The translations under genes and the position numbers were made by a program. Positions 27,818-43,765 of a stretch of DNA of 64,000 nt are shown piece after piece. Within the stretch, counting starts at the first letter, position 1. Every line of letters begins with the position of its first letter. The stretch spans positions 129,084,001 through 129,148,000 of the forward strand of contig OZ024742.1 in assembly GCA_964016885.1 (NCBI GenBank), written 5' to 3'. The DNA comes from Eledone cirrhosa (taxonomy: Eukaryota). The notes under the pieces were generated by a model that was not told the DNA's origin, did not search any database, and was given only the letters and a program-made list of their open reading frames with translations.

Positions 27818-28486
27818 ATACCCATCCTCCGGCCCCTCTAGAGAATCGTAAAAGCACATATCGTTATATGCTTTTTCTATGAAAATTAGTAGTGGGCAGA
27901 CTAATTTGCATAGAGCGTGAGTACGTACCGGTTCAGCGGAAGCGATAAAAACAAATAACGAAACGAAATTAAATTTCGTTTGTAACTCACTTTTGTATGA
28001 CTGACGCTTAAACAATTAAGTTAGAAGTGTACATCCACATATGTATACTGAAATACTAGTATGCATATAAATACACACACGTATACGAGAATAGAGGAAA
28101 GGTGTATCCTCGAAAACCAGTATGACTCTAAAAACCGGTTTGTCTGTGTGTTTACATACAGACTAGCTGAACACTCACAGTAAAGTGTCCAGTGAAAAAC
28201 TCGGTACATCTACATATGTATACGTGTGTGTATTTATATGCATACTAGTATTTCAGTATACATATGTGGATGTACACTTCTAACTTAATTGTTTAAGCGT
28301 CAGTCATACAAAAGTGAGTTACAAACGAAACAAAATTTAATTTCGTTATTTGTTTTTATCGCTTTCACTGAACCAGTACGTACTGACGCTCTATGCAAAT
28401 TAGTCTGCCCACTACTAATTTTCATAGAAAAAGCATATAACGATATGTGCTTTTACGATTCTCTAGAGGGGCCGGAGGATGGGTAT

Positions 28487-28529
28487 ATACTGCTGATGAG
28501 ATGTAACAACATCGAAACTAGTCCAATAT
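28487..28529 (+). ncRNA. Minimal type I hammerhead ribozyme (second copy, one stem I mismatch)
   Basis: atactg-CTGATGA-gatgt-aaca-acatc-GAAA-ctag-TC-caatat; predicted cleavage after C28523. Stem I extends through 28458-28486 / 28530-28552. Confidence 0.85.
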
Positions 28530-28821
28530 TCCTGTCTGGCCCTCTGGAGAATAGAGGAAAGGTGTTTCCTCGAAAACCAGTATGACTCTAAAAACCGGTT
28601 TGTCTGTGTGTTTACATACAGACTAGCTGAACACTCACAGTAAAGTGTCCAGTGAAAAACTCGGTACATCTACATATGTATACGTGTGTGTATTTATATG
28701 CATACTAGTATTTCAGTATACATATGTGGATGTACACTTCTAACTTAATTGTTTAAGCGTCAGTCATACAAAAGTGAGTTACAAACGAAACGAAATTTAA
28801 TTTTGTTTCGTTATTTGTTTT

Positions 28822-28894
<73 letters not shown>

Positions 28895-28925
28895 GTATAT
28901 ATATATGTATATATATATGTATATA

Positions 28926-28990
<65 letters not shown>

Positions 28991-28991
28991 G

Positions 28992-29098
<107 letters not shown>

Positions 29099-29195
29099 GT
29101 ATATATATATATGTATATATATATATGTATATATATATATGTATATATATATATGTATATATATATATGTATATATATATATGTATATATATATG

Positions 29196-29226
<31 letters not shown>

Positions 29227-29239
29227 GTATATATATATG

Positions 29240-29304
<65 letters not shown>

Positions 29305-29305
29305 G

Positions 29306-29415
<110 letters not shown>

Positions 29416-29437
29416 AATATATATAAATATATATATA

Positions 29438-30449
29438 TTTCAATTGCGCAGAGGGTTCTATAGAAATAGTGGACAGCTTCCGTTACCTGGGCGATAAAAT
29501 CAGCAGTGGGGGAAGGTGCTCTGAAAGTACTGTAGCTAGAGTCAGAACTGGTTGGAAAAAGTTCAGAGAGCTTATACCACTATTAGCTGCTAAAGGGTTC
29601 TCCCTAAAAATGAAAGGCAGGTTGTACGATGCCTGCATACGAACAGCAATGCTGCATGGCAGTGAGACCTGGGCATTGTGTGCAGAGGATATACGCAGAC
29701 TAGAGAGGAACGAAGCTTGCATGCTCCGCTGGATGTGTAACAGTAATATACGTGAACGGCAAAGCATAAACGAACTAAGGAAAAAATTAGAGATAAGAGG
29801 GATCAGATGTTGTTTACTCGAGAGAAGGCTACGTTGGTATGGACACGTGATGCGCATGAAAGTCGATAGCTGTATAACAAAGTGCAGGGCAATAAAGATA
29901 GACGGTAGTCACGGAATAGGCAGACCTAGAAAAACCTGGGACGAGCTGATAAACTCCGACATCACACACTTACACCTCTCCAAGACAATGTCACTGGACC
30001 GAGACCTTTGGCGGTACTCAGTAACAGAGAAGACCCGCCTTACCTAAATATATAGTAAAACCTACTCCAGCCAGTAGGCATCTCTAACAAAATACACCCC
30101 GTCCCACCACCACCACCCCCACCCCATCCACACCACCCCGTTCTATGTAAAGTTATGTTGGTGCCGCGCCATCGAGGCCGAAACAAATGAGATCGTGTAG
30201 GTGTCACGACAAAAAAACACACAGTCCACGCTGTAATGTGGCCGTGTAGGCAACACGGTAAAAACCTCCCAGACCCACACTGTAAATGTGGTTGGTGTTA
30301 GGAAGGGCATCCAACTGTAGAAAACCTGCCAGACAGTCCTATGCGAGCAAGACAATCACTCTTGCCTCAAGTGGGACTACCCCCGTCCAAACCCATGCAA
30401 GCGTGGAACACGGACGTTAAACGTTGATGATGATGATGATGATGATGAT
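29438..30449 (+). mobile_element. 5'-truncated copy of the RTE LINE, in (TA)n
   Basis: ORF 29469-30047 is nearly identical to 24754-25383; same 3'UTR and (gat)n tail. Confidence 0.93.
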
Positions 30450-30606
30450 ATATATGTATATATATATAAATATATATATAAATATATATGTATATATATA
30501 TGTATATATATATATGTATATATATATATAAATATATAAATTGAAACAAAATGAAAACGAAATTTCATTTCTCACTCTTAGTATGGCACTTACTTATAAA
30601 TATATA

Positions 30607-31062
30607 TATAAATCAGGAAAGAAGGTTGACATGGTTTGCTATACAAAAAAAGTTTAATCACATAGCTTACATTTGTTTCACTGAGCTGGCAGGTCTAGAG
30701 ATCGCTATTCGCTTATTTTCGCGTTACTCGATCGCCAATATAAAATTATAACCAGTCAGCTCTTCGGCGATCGAATAACGTGAAAATAAGTGAATAGCGA
30801 TCTCTAGACCTGCCAGCTCAGTGAAACAAATGTAAGCTATGTGATTAAACCTTTTTTGTATAGCAAACCATGTCAACCTTCTTTCCTGATTTATTATTAC
30901 TCCAAGTGTTTACAACATAGGAATTACGGCATACCCGCAGCATCACTATGAAAATGCCTTGTTGAGTCAAACCAAGCCAAGCGTTAATATCATCCACTAC
31001 CTGGAATACCATAACTGGACTTTACCTAGGTGGACTGCATTTAACTATTATTTGTTACCCCG
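30607..31062. mobile_element. Penelope-like fragment with about 130-bp inverted arms (30607-30736 / 30766-30894) and a hammerhead truncated at the inversion point
   Basis: The arms are near-perfect reverse complements. The minus strand reads (cc)GAAGA-gctga-ctgg...ccag-c-tcagt-GAAA-caaatg-TA-agct. Confidence 0.6.
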
Positions 31063-31065
31063 TAT

Positions 31066-31114
<49 letters not shown>

Positions 31115-31223
31115 TAAATATATATATAAATATAAATATATATATAAATATAAATATATATATAAATATAAATATATATAAATATATATAAATATATATA
31201 TATATATAAATATATATAAATAT

Positions 31224-31336
<113 letters not shown>

Positions 31337-31365
31337 TATATATATATAAATATATATATATAAAT

Positions 31366-31402
<37 letters not shown>

Positions 31403-31421
31403 AATATATATATATATAAAT

Positions 31422-31456
<35 letters not shown>

Positions 31457-31563
31457 AATATATATATATATAAATATATATATATATAAATATATATATA
31501 TAAATATATATAAATATATATATATATAAATATATATATATATAAATATATATATATATAAAT

Positions 31564-31596
<33 letters not shown>

Positions 31597-32281
31597 AATA
31601 TATATATATAAATATATATATATAAATATATAAATATATATATATAAATATATATATATAAATATATGTAGATAAATCTACCAAGAGTTTACGGTAGTGT
31701 CCAATCCGTATGAAGAACTCAATGTAATCCGGATATCATGGAAAGAAGAGATGCAATGAAAAATCACTTTCGGTGAAAGATAAACGGAATACAGAGTCAA
31801 GATAAAATATTAAAAAAAATAATGAATAAAACAATGAAACAGTTCCTTATATTAAACAAAAAAAGTTCATTATTTAACGATCGTTTCTAGGATATATATG
31901 TGTTAGAATTGGCATGCATATTCAACAGATCTATGTACAAAATTATACAAAATTATATATATAAATATATATATATAAATATATATATATATAAATATAT
32001 ATATATAAATAAATATATATATGTATAAATATATATATATAAATATATATATGTATAAATATATATATGTATAAATATATATATATAAATATATATATAT
32101 AAATATATATATATAAATATATATATGTATAAATATATATATGTATAAATATATATATATAAATATATATATAAATATATATATATAAATATATATATAA
32201 ATATAAATATATATATATAAATATATATATATAAATATATATATATAAATATATATATATAAATAAATATATATATATATA

Positions 32282-32427
<146 letters not shown>

Positions 32428-32455
32428 AATATATATATATAAATATATATATATA

Positions 32456-32489
<34 letters not shown>

Positions 32490-32544
32490 AATATATATAT
32501 ATAAATATATATATATAAATATATAAATATATATATATATAAAT

Positions 32545-32593
<49 letters not shown>

Positions 32594-32612
32594 AATATAT
32601 ATATATATAAAT

Positions 32613-32643
<31 letters not shown>

Positions 32644-32662
32644 AATATATATATATATAAAT

Positions 32663-32747
<85 letters not shown>

Positions 32748-32788
32748 AATATACATATACATATATATATATAAATATATATAAATAT

Positions 32789-32873
<85 letters not shown>

Positions 32874-33505
32874 TTGCCCAACAAAATGAAATAATAATTT
32901 TTCAAAAAAGACATTGAAATTGAGCTCTATCGGTTTCAGCAATTAGTACTCCAACTGTTCAATCAATGGAACAGCCTGCTTGTGAAATTAAAGTGTAAGT
33001 TGATGAGCACTCTATTTCACAGACATATGTACCCTTAAGGTAATTCTCAGGAAGATTCTGCATGGCACAGTATGTGACAAGGATGACCCTTTGAATTCCA
33101 GGTGCAGTCCAACTTATTGGCTTCCAAACAGTTTCTGTCTACCCAGTTTCACTGACAAGGTGTTTCGTAGACCTGAGGTTATAGTAAATGACACTTGCCC
33201 AAGATGTTATGCAGTGGGATTGAACCGAGGACGTTATGATTGTGAAGTGAATCTCTTAACCATTTGGCAATTCTGCGCCCACTATACTAAATAAATAGGG
33301 AGGAAATACAGTGTCTAAAGATTAAAGTAAGACACTAGATAGAGAGAGGGAGGGCATATAGTGTCTTGAGTTTAAAGTGAGACTACTTCAGATAAACTAA
33401 CCAGGTTAACTTGGTGGCAATGCAAAACAACCTCTTGGTGTGTGTGTGTGTGTGTGTCAGCGTGTGCATGTGTGTGTGAGTGTATGCATGTGTGTGTGTT
33501 CCAAT

Positions 33506-33558
<53 letters not shown>

Positions 33559-34569
33559 TGCTGTAAGAAAGAATTCCATTGTGTCACTGATACTGAAATT
33601 ATATCAGTAACTCGATGGTGAACAGAAACATACCTAGCATACAAACCAACTGATATAACCAATGACTCACTGGTTTAAAAAAGCTAAACATACTCATTTT
33701 TATGAGAACATCAGTCTAAATTGGTGAGATTTGCCCTGCCTTAGTAAATAAATTAGTTGGTGAGGTTGTATAGCTCAGTTGCTATTACATTTAACCCTTT
33801 TGATACCAAACTGCCCCTGGTTTTACAATACAAAACTTTTTCTTTTAAAGAGCTACCATTATAATCTTAGGTGAGAACCTTTGTTAAGGTATGTTCCAGG
33901 CACCAGCTTGATAATGAGAAAGTTATATAACTGAATCAGTGAAAACTTTTGAATATTTTCGATATAATTTGAAGACAATAAGTAGTGCTGTAATTAGAAA
34001 TATGTTAATTAAAGGGTTATAACTTTACTTGCTTCATTGTGTGTGTGAAGGCATGTAGTTTAGTTTAGTGGTTTGGGGTGTACAGATAATGTAAGATCAA
34101 GGGTTCATTTCATGAACAGGGTGCAAGAAACTTTATTTCATGTTACTCTAGTTCACTTAGCTGGTAAAAGCGAGTTGTGCCCATAACACAAAAAACCAGC
34201 CTTGTCAGATTGAATCTTCTTGAGGACAATGATAACAGCACATGTCTGTAGAATGCTGAGCCATTTTCACATTAATTTCATGAGTAGGCTGTTTAATTGT
34301 TTGAACAATTAGCACACTATTGTCATAACCAATGGAGGTCCAACAAGAGTGTGTGTGTATGTGCGCGCATGTTCATTCCATTTTCAAATTTATTTTTAAG
34401 GGTCCCTTTTCTAGAGGTCAATCATCTTTGTGTCAGGTAGTGACTGACATTTTTTCAATCAGTTTCACCTTTTCTAATTGATTGATGTCAGCCTAGTAAG
34501 TGATCAATACTAGTTTATTAATAGTTATATATATATATATATATATTTTATTTAGGTTAGTTATATTTC

Positions 34570-34647
34570 AAATACCTGATGATATCACCGGATTCATACT
34601 GAACTGATTGATCATAGTATAATAAACCTGAAATGATCATAGTATTT
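34570..34647 (+). ncRNA. Type I hammerhead motif with a long degenerate stem II, in a TA-flanked fragment
   Basis: aaatac-CTGATGA-(47 nt)-GAAA-tgatca-TA-gtattt; perfect stem I and palindromic stem III segment. Confidence 0.6.
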
Positions 34648-34871
34648 ACACCAGTCCAGCCTCCTGTTATTTTATAATATTATATATATGTGAATTGGCA
34701 GTATCGGTAGAGGGTTGGACGCCATGCTTTCTAGCATAGTTGCGTCCCTTTACGGTTTGAGTTCAAATCCCGCCAAAGTTAACTTTGCCTTTCATCCTTA
34801 CGGGGTCGATAAAATAAAGTACCAGTAATGTACTGGGTAATTGCTGGCCTTGTGCCTAAAGTATAAACAAT

Positions 34872-34949
<78 letters not shown>

Positions 34950-35211
34950 ATAGGTAGTGAAAAAGAAATGAGACATAGAGAAAACAATTGACTCCAGCAC
35001 TGGACTGGTACTTTATTTTAACAACCCTGATAGGACAAAAGGCAAAATTAATCTCAGTAGGATTTGAACTCAGACTGCAGAAAGCTGAAATGAATACCAT
35101 GAAGCATTCTATCTGATGTTCTAACATCTCTGCCAATTTGCTGTCTTACTGTGAATGAACACACACACATATATTGCCAATTAGTTGCCTTGCTATGTGT
35201 GAAGACACACA

Positions 35212-35251
<40 letters not shown>

Positions 35252-38200
35252 AATGAAATTGCTCAATCCCTCAGGTCTGATGCAAATACATAAATGTTTG
35301 TTACTATATTTTTTTTCATCCTATTGTATCTTATTCAAGCCTTTATAAAATGAATGTAAAGGATTTCTTTTTCTCTGTTATTTATAATTAGCTCACCTGA
35401 GGAATAAAATCATATAAGAGATGAATATGGGCATTAATTAAGCTGGTTTTAAGACAAAAAGGATACAGATAGAATAGCAAATACTAAGGAAAAATAACAG
35501 ATTTTGAATATCAGTAGGGGAAGGCACATGATTAAATGTCATTGAAAACTATATAAAACCTGTCAGAATGAATGACAAACCTATTCAAAGACTAAGATGA
35601 ATAATTCTTTCATTGTAGATAGAGGATATATATAAAAAAAAAAAGCAGGTTTATTAAAATTAACCCATTTTATACCAGACCAACTGAAATCACCTCTGGT
35701 TCTATGATACAAAGCTGTTTATTTTAAAAGTATCTATAATTATCTAAAAACCTTCCATCATAATTTTATGTAAGAACTCTAGTTAAGTTATGTTCTAAAT
35801 GCTAACTTAATATTGAGAAAGTTATTTTAATAAATCTCTCCAAAGTTTTGATTATTTTCACAATTATTTGAAAATCACAAGCATCATCGTTCATTAAACA
35901 TATGGCAAAGAAATAAAATGGCTACTAAGATAGCCTCAAGTAATATTTCAGAAGCTCTTGCTACTGAATATAATATATATAATTATATATAATGAAACAA
36001 TATCACAGAAACAAAAAGATTTATTGAATCTATATTTATATCCTGAGTTACATCTGAACAACCTAACAGCATATTAGATAACAGGTGAAAACATATGGAT
36101 CAATATAATAGTTCAAATTATGAAATATAAAACAACCCTCAAACTCTAAAGTGAGTTCAATTAGAATTATTTGGTGCGAATGGAAGTAGTGGTGATTAAA
36201 AAAAACATTTATTAGTGTTGATGCCATGATAAATTGCACCCACCCAACTTTGTAAAGTGTTAATGCCCAGACCATGATAAAATGCACACAGCCCACTCTG
36301 TCAAGTGGTAGTGTACATGATAAAATGCACACAGCCCACTCAGTCAAGTAGTAGTTCTGGTACCATGATAAAATGCACCCTAATCACTCTGTAAAATGGT
36401 TGTGTTAGTGCAATAGTGCTGGTGACATAAATTGTACCTTGCTCACTCTGTAAAGTGGTAGTGTTGTTGCCATGATAAAACACACGCAATACACATAATG
36501 TGGTTAGTATTAGGAAGGGCATTCAGCTTTAGAAATCATGCTAAACTGGAACATATGAGAAGGATGTGGTCTTGCCTCAGAATATGACAACCTGTCCAAC
36601 CAATGCCAGTGTGGAACATGAACATAAAACAGTGATCATGATGATGATAGTACTTGGCTCTTTATATTCTGAGTTCAAATCTCACTGAGGTCAACTTTAC
36701 CTTTCATGTGTCAGTGGTCAAGTTAATAAAGTACCAGTCATGTACTAAGGTCAATAGAATTGATTTTTCCCTGTCCCCAAATAGCTGGTCATGAGCCTAA
36801 AAAATTAAAAACCATTATTAGCCATCTGGTGGATGATCAAACTGCTTGTGGTATTTATGTACTGTTATATTCTGTTAAAATCCTTTGAATCTATTTAGTT
36901 TCTCTCTCTTTGGGAGGGAGAGAGGGGGGGGGGGTCAATAAATAATTGAAATACCAGTCAAATACAGATCAATTTAATTGATTATACTCTAACTTATAAA
37001 TTAATAGCTTTGAGCACAAGTTAAAAATGATTATTAGCACTGCAGTGTTGCCAAAAGTTGGGTTTTGGAATTTCCTTACCCCACTTTCTTTGTAATAATG
37101 TCTATTAACTTTTAACGTCCTGTACCCTGTGAAACCACACTAGCAAGACATTCTTGAAAAGTACAAAACAGAACTATGACTACATCACATGAAAGATTCA
37201 AGTCTATATATTAATACTTCAAATTTTCACAACAATCTGTCAATAATAGATACTATAAATATTTGAATAAACAAAACACATAAATCATTGCAAGATCTTA
37301 AGAGTTAACGCATTCCGAACATTTCGTTAACGGTTGTTCAAGTCTTACAAATCCAACAGTTTTGTTTTACTATCAGAACATGAAGATATCAAAGACAATT
37401 TACAAAGTGCTAACAATTCTAATCAACCTGTTGAAGGAGAGAAGAGCAGTGCCGATGAACTTTTTCAGGGCCTATGAGATTGCTGCAAAGAAGCTATCCT
37501 CAAACCTGAGACCTGAATGCTTACAGTAGAGCAGATTCCACAAAAGGCACCCAAGTGGTTGTGTCAAACTAGGTGACAGATGAAGCCAACCATCCAAAGT
37601 AGGCTTATGTATGGGTTGAACTCAGAATGCAAGGAACCAGAATAAATATTGAAAATTCTTCTGTCAATCCATTGCCCTAGACAGGCACTTTATTTTATCA
37701 ACCCCAATAAGATGAAAAGCACAATTTGAATTCATGACTGCAGACTACCAGAACAAATACCACAAGCCATTTTGTCCTATGCTCTAACAATTCCGCCAAT
37801 TCACCAATATACAAGTGATATCAGAGATGGAGAAACATAAGTAGCTATCGAAATTAAAAGATGTTGGCTTGTGACTCGACTGTGATTGATGGCACAAGTG
37901 TTTAACTGCTGAAAAGTGGTAAATAAGTTATATCAATGATAAGCATGTGTTCTTTTCTTACTATATTTCTAATGGCATGTACTGCCTATGTATTTCCATG
38001 AGCTTGGCTGGTATCACTTGGGGATTCAACTAGAGACCCACTGGAAGATGTGCTTGAGGTCTTTGCCCCAACAATCCCTTCAAGAATAAGTAGGTAAAGA
38101 AGAAGGAACGAAAAGGTTAAAAGAGTTTAGTAGAATTACACACATGAGTTATAAATGTCGGTAGACACTTGTATGGGAAGGTTCAATGCTAATACTAATA

Positions 38201-40831
38201 TTAATACAAATATTCTTAGGCATTAATCATGGTGCTAAGTTAGTAGCATGCAATAAAAGAAAAAAAACAAAACAAAACAAAACTAGAATGTCTAAAACAA
38301 AAGCAGCTTGTCTCCACTACCACATTGCAAAAATCTTCACTATTTCAGGAGCATGAGGTACTTTGAAGCACCAGCTGCAGCTTAAAGTGTATTGCACTAC
38401 ATAACTGCCATGAAATAAGTGAAAGAGTGAATGAGATATCTACATTCAGAGCTCAGATGTACGTGATATATTTTGACAGTAATTACAAGCAAGTATACTT
38501 ATAATGTCATTAAAAAATAAGTGATGTAACAGAAGTGGATGAGAATCTGTACATAATCAACAGTTGGTGAGTTGTGAAGAAACCAGTAGACATACAAACG
38601 AATTTAGTTGCAAGATTTGAGTTTAATTCTTTGGATATTGATAGAAAACTTTGATTACTATCATCATTATCATCATCATTTAATATTCACTTTCCCTGCT
38701 AGCAAGGGTTGGGTGGGTCTTCATTATCACCATCATCACCCTTTTTATGTCCACTTTTCTATGATGGCATGGATTTGGATGGGATGGTTTGAGAAAACAT
38801 TTTTACAGCTGATGCCCTTCATGACACCAACCATTTCAGTTGCCTCTTATGACATGCAAGGATACAGTGTAACTATGCTAAAAACTGGAATACACATGAC
38901 ATATTTCTAATAAAATACACTACCAATAGTTTTTAAATAATTTTGAAAATAACTGAGAATTTGTTGGGATTTAGTAATATAACCTAAAAAAGGTTTTTAC
39001 ATAAAATTATCATGGCAGGATTTTAGATAAATTTAAACACTTTCAAATAAACATCTTTTTTTTAATAGTAGGACCAGAGGTACTTTCAGGTGGTTTGGTA
39101 TCAAAAGATTTAAAACAAGAACTATTAAAATGCCAAAGAAAAAAAAAATGTGATGAGGAAAATAATAACATAGCTTGCATAAAGTCACACAATGAGTCAA
39201 AGTTTGTCATCATGATCTAAGAATCAACATTCAAACAATTGTAGCACAACATAGTTACATGTTAATGGGTTATGTCTAAATTCCTAAACCCCACAAATTA
39301 TACAACACAAAACATTATAATTTTCTTGACATATAATAAATGTCGAAATATATGGGCGCCACATCTAGTTATGTCTTTATGTACAGAGTGTGAATAGCAA
39401 GACAGTAAGAATTTGAACCAATGCATTTAAAATGTTTAGATGACATTTTTGTGGCAACTATTAATAGTAGAAAAAAGAAATGAAATAGCAATAAAAATAA
39501 TTTGACTCATTCAATGTAAAAAATAAGGTTTCACAAATGAACAACACATCATACTAATTGAATTGATCAAACTATAAATTACATAAAATTCCCTAAAATA
39601 TATTAATCCAGCTCATTGTTGAATAAATTTAACATATTTACTGTTAATGTCCTGTAATGATTTAGCACAAAATGTCTAAAAAAATAAGAAAAACGAGATT
39701 GTTAATTCAAATGTTTATAGTGCCTTTATTTACTGGACAGATTGTTATAAAGATCTACTGTTAGATTAAAGACTTTAATTTTTAAGGTGATGCTGTGATG
39801 TCATGTCAATCCTGTTCATGAAAATAATGAATAGGAGAGGAGACAGTACACACCCTTGGCGGAGTCTGACTCCCACATTGAATGGCTTTGATTTAGCACC
39901 ATTTATCAGAACACAAACACTCAGGTATTCTTACAGATACATCAAGACAGCAAGAAGCTGACCATTGATCCCATATTCCTGTAGAACCTTTCACAGCAGT
40001 CATATGCCATTTCGTGGTCTACAAAACAAGAATATACATCTTAGCAATACCCCATGATTTTCAAAGAACTGCTGCAGTATGAATAAGGGTCTTTGGTGTA
40101 ATGTTACTCGATAAAGTGCGTAACTCGGAGATCTGAGAGTCACTGCAGGTAGAGCCGCTACTGATACTATGGGCACGTGGTTAGAATGTCTCAGGAAAGA
40201 ATCACTAGACAGATTTTACGGGCAAAACCAGTTGGTAGGAGAACCAGGGGTAAACAAGATAGTTGGATATCATCCATGAGCTTGGCTAGTCTTGGTTGGG
40301 GATCCAGCTGGATCAGTTGGAGACAGTTGCCTCTGACAAGACCCCCTGGAAGGAGTGTTTGAGGACTGCTTCCACGACCCTCTCAGGAATAAGTGGTGGT
40401 GGGAGGAGGAGGATGAGGAGGAGGAGAAAAAGTGGAAAAAATACTGGCATTGATGCCACAATAAAATGCACTCAGCCAACTCTGTAAAATGGTAGTGTTG
40501 GCATCGCAATAAGATGAAGTCACAGTTATTTAAGAACACCTTGCTAATGCCATTTCAGGTGGTACAAGTCGAGTAACCAGAACTAATATTAACCATAAAG
40601 TCTATGTATATGTGGTCAGTATTTGCAAATAATTCCACTATTAACTATTATAGCCAACAATATTCAAAACAAATAATTAAGTAATTATGTGTGAAAACTT
40701 CCATTTTTTCTTTTTCTTTTCTGAAAAACTATTCTTTAAAAACTACACAAAGACCATTCACAAATACCTGTAACATAATATCTTATTGAGAAACAACCAT
40801 GTGTATGCATTGAGAGAGAGAGAGAGAGAAG

Positions 40832-40997
<166 letters not shown>

Positions 40998-42844
40998 GAG
41001 ATTGGAGAGATTTATATTTAAAACAAGAAATCTGTCATTATATACTTTTACACATCTGCAAATTTTTCAATCCTTGGCTAATAAACAAAAATGTTAAGCA
41101 CACACACATCTATGGATTATATATTTCCCAATAGATTGTCATTTTATTATCAGCTTAGAAGTTTCATGATATTAAAACTTATGAGATACACTTGCTGACG
41201 TCAGATATATTCATTAAAATAGTTACCTATATTTTAATGTAAGGCAGTGAATTGGAAGAGTTGTTAGAACATCAGTAAGAAACCGTTACTGTATTTGTTT
41301 CAGCTTTCTGTGCTTTGAGTTCAAATCCCATTGAGGATAACTTTGTTTTTCATCCTTTTGAGATCAAGAAAGTACTGGTTTAGTACTGGAGTTTATTCTT
41401 CCTTAGTCACACACACACACACACACTTTCTTTTTTCTCTTTCTCTTGAATAAATCAGCTGTTTTCAGACTTGGATAATGATGAGCTCAAGATATGTTCT
41501 ATGTAATGGCAGTACCACTGTGGCTCCAACAGGAGTTAAGAGTTGAGCAATCGATATTTTAATATACATCAGTAGGCAAACATTTTTTTTCTTCAGCAAA
41601 AAGCTACATATTTTTTTTTTTTGGGGGGGGGGGGGGGATAGAGTGAAATGTAATCAATTACTTTACTAGAGTCACTGGAATGGAATGGACCCCTATTGGT
41701 TTTGCCGATGAATGTTTCAGTTGATTCTTCACCCTATCCATGTATATTCATATTCAAGGGCAATGCATACCACACTTTGATAGTAGAGAAAGTTACGAGA
41801 CAACTAGATCCAATAAAGATGTTTTTCTTCTTTTGTGAATACTTAAGAATAGATGCTGACTAATCAATGAAAACTTTTTAATATCCTATTGTGCCTATCT
41901 TGGGAATATGTCTTGCAAAGGTGGGGATATATTTCTGTGAGAGGTTTAATCTGATCTACTCAACACCATGATGATGCTAGCTGAAATAAATCAGCTAAAT
42001 CAAATATTCTTCAGCCATTGAAATTAATTAGCTGCCTGCTATTTGTAATGTTGCAACAACAGTCCAAACCTGAAAATGAATCTATCTCTGATACCATTAT
42101 ATTTTCAGAAGCAATCAGGCATACACTAAGAATTCTATATAAAGCATCAATAAACAAAGCGTTATCAAAGAGGTAACCAATATTTGCACTAGATTCCATT
42201 GCTTTAGCTTTCAGCAAGATGACCATTCAATCTATTAACATGATACAATGGAACAGATGTTCTATTTTTCATATTCTTAATATAAGAAAAATCACAAGAA
42301 AAAGACATGTTATTTTCTTTGTAAATAAAATATATATAAATATGAAAATTATGTGTTGAACAGTAACTGTTCCCACCTGTTGTCTATTTTTAGTCAATAT
42401 CTTAAGTCATTGCAATGGAAACAGAAAATACTGGTAGGATTTGAAATGGGATTAAAACATTATAAAGTATTCAAGAATAACCAAAGTGTAAATGATAGAC
42501 ATTGAACATATCATAATCAGCATAGCTTTAAGATCAGATATTCAAAGTTAACCAAATAATTAGAGGCTAAAGCTAGTTTAACAGAGCCAGTTCTATCTCC
42601 TTTATGAGCTTGGCTTATTGCTTATCTTTATTTTTAAAAGACCCAATCTGTAAATATTGAATTCTTATATGAGGCACAACACCTTAAGTTTAACAGTAGA
42701 GAGGAAATGATATTGTCTAATATTCTCGCCTTTCTCAAAAGATATAAACTCTTTCAATACTAAATCTTCTGAAACTGCCTCTGTTTCTATGATACAAAGT
42801 TTTATATCATAAAGTGTTTATATGTATTTAAAAACAATCTATCA

Positions 42845-43758
42845 TCTATATATATAAAACTGAGGATGTATGTCTGTGTGTGTGTGAATCCTTAAAATTA
42901 GAGAAGCACCCAACCGACTGTTTTCAAACTTTACACATGTAATACTTATGTTTCAGGGAGTGTTCTGAGCAAAAAATGTTGTTTTATTTTCAATGCCCTA
43001 GGGACCGCATTAGGCGATGTAGCGATCTCTCTCTATAATTCTTAGTCTTTCTCTTTTTAGATAGATACATACATATAATGTTGCGCCCTTTTAATATCTG
43101 TCTGTATGTCTGTATTACGTCACTTCCCTGAGGATGTGTGTGTGTGTGTGTGTGTGTCTGTGAGTTTGAATCCCTAAAACTCGAGAAGTACCCAACCAAT
43201 TTTTTTCAAACTTTACATGTGTATCACTTATGTTTCAGGGAGTGTTATGCACATAAACAATTCAACATTTTGATCTAGCGCCCGCATTAGGTGAAAAACT
43301 GCATTTTTTTAAAGCTTTTTATGAGTTTTTTGAGGCATTATGTCAGACCGATTTCCTTGAAATTGTAACTATGTATTAGTCAGTCTCTTCTTCATACCGT
43401 GAGCAAAGAAAATCCATCTTTTTTATGACCTTGGGCCCGCATTAGGTGAAAAACTTCATTTTTTCAGCTTTTTAGAGCTTTTTGGAGGCGTTACGTCTAG
43501 GCGATTTTCCCGCAATTTCAAGGCATATTATGCACATAAAAAAAATTCATTTTCTTGATCCCCTAGGGCCCGCATTAGGTGAAAACCTGCATTTTTCCTG
43601 CTTCATCGAGGAAAATCTTAAAGATTATCCAGCCATCAGAGTATTCGGTTTATTTTATTTATATACTGTTCAGGTATGCAGTTTTTCCATGATTAGGTCT
43701 GTTGGCGGCCTGCGTTCCAAAATACCTTATCTCGTGCAACGCCGGGTACCACTGCTAG
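42845..43758 (+). mobile_element. Non-autonomous Helitron
   Basis: 5' TCtatatatataaaa and 3' ctcgtgcaacgccgggtaccactgCTAG, inserted between A and T; internal repeats of cccgcattaggtgaaaa. Confidence 0.8.
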
Positions 43759-43765
43759 TATATAT

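Noticed and set aside
27635-28669. Repeated 68-aa and 98-aa ORFs in the 460-bp unit
   Set aside because: They overlap on opposite strands and have no recognisable motif; their recurrence reflects DNA repetition, and the unit is better explained by RNA structure.
41680-42245. Unique-looking, possibly coding segment
   Set aside because: No sustained ORF, recognisable motif or convincing splice sites; it may be an old transposon relic.
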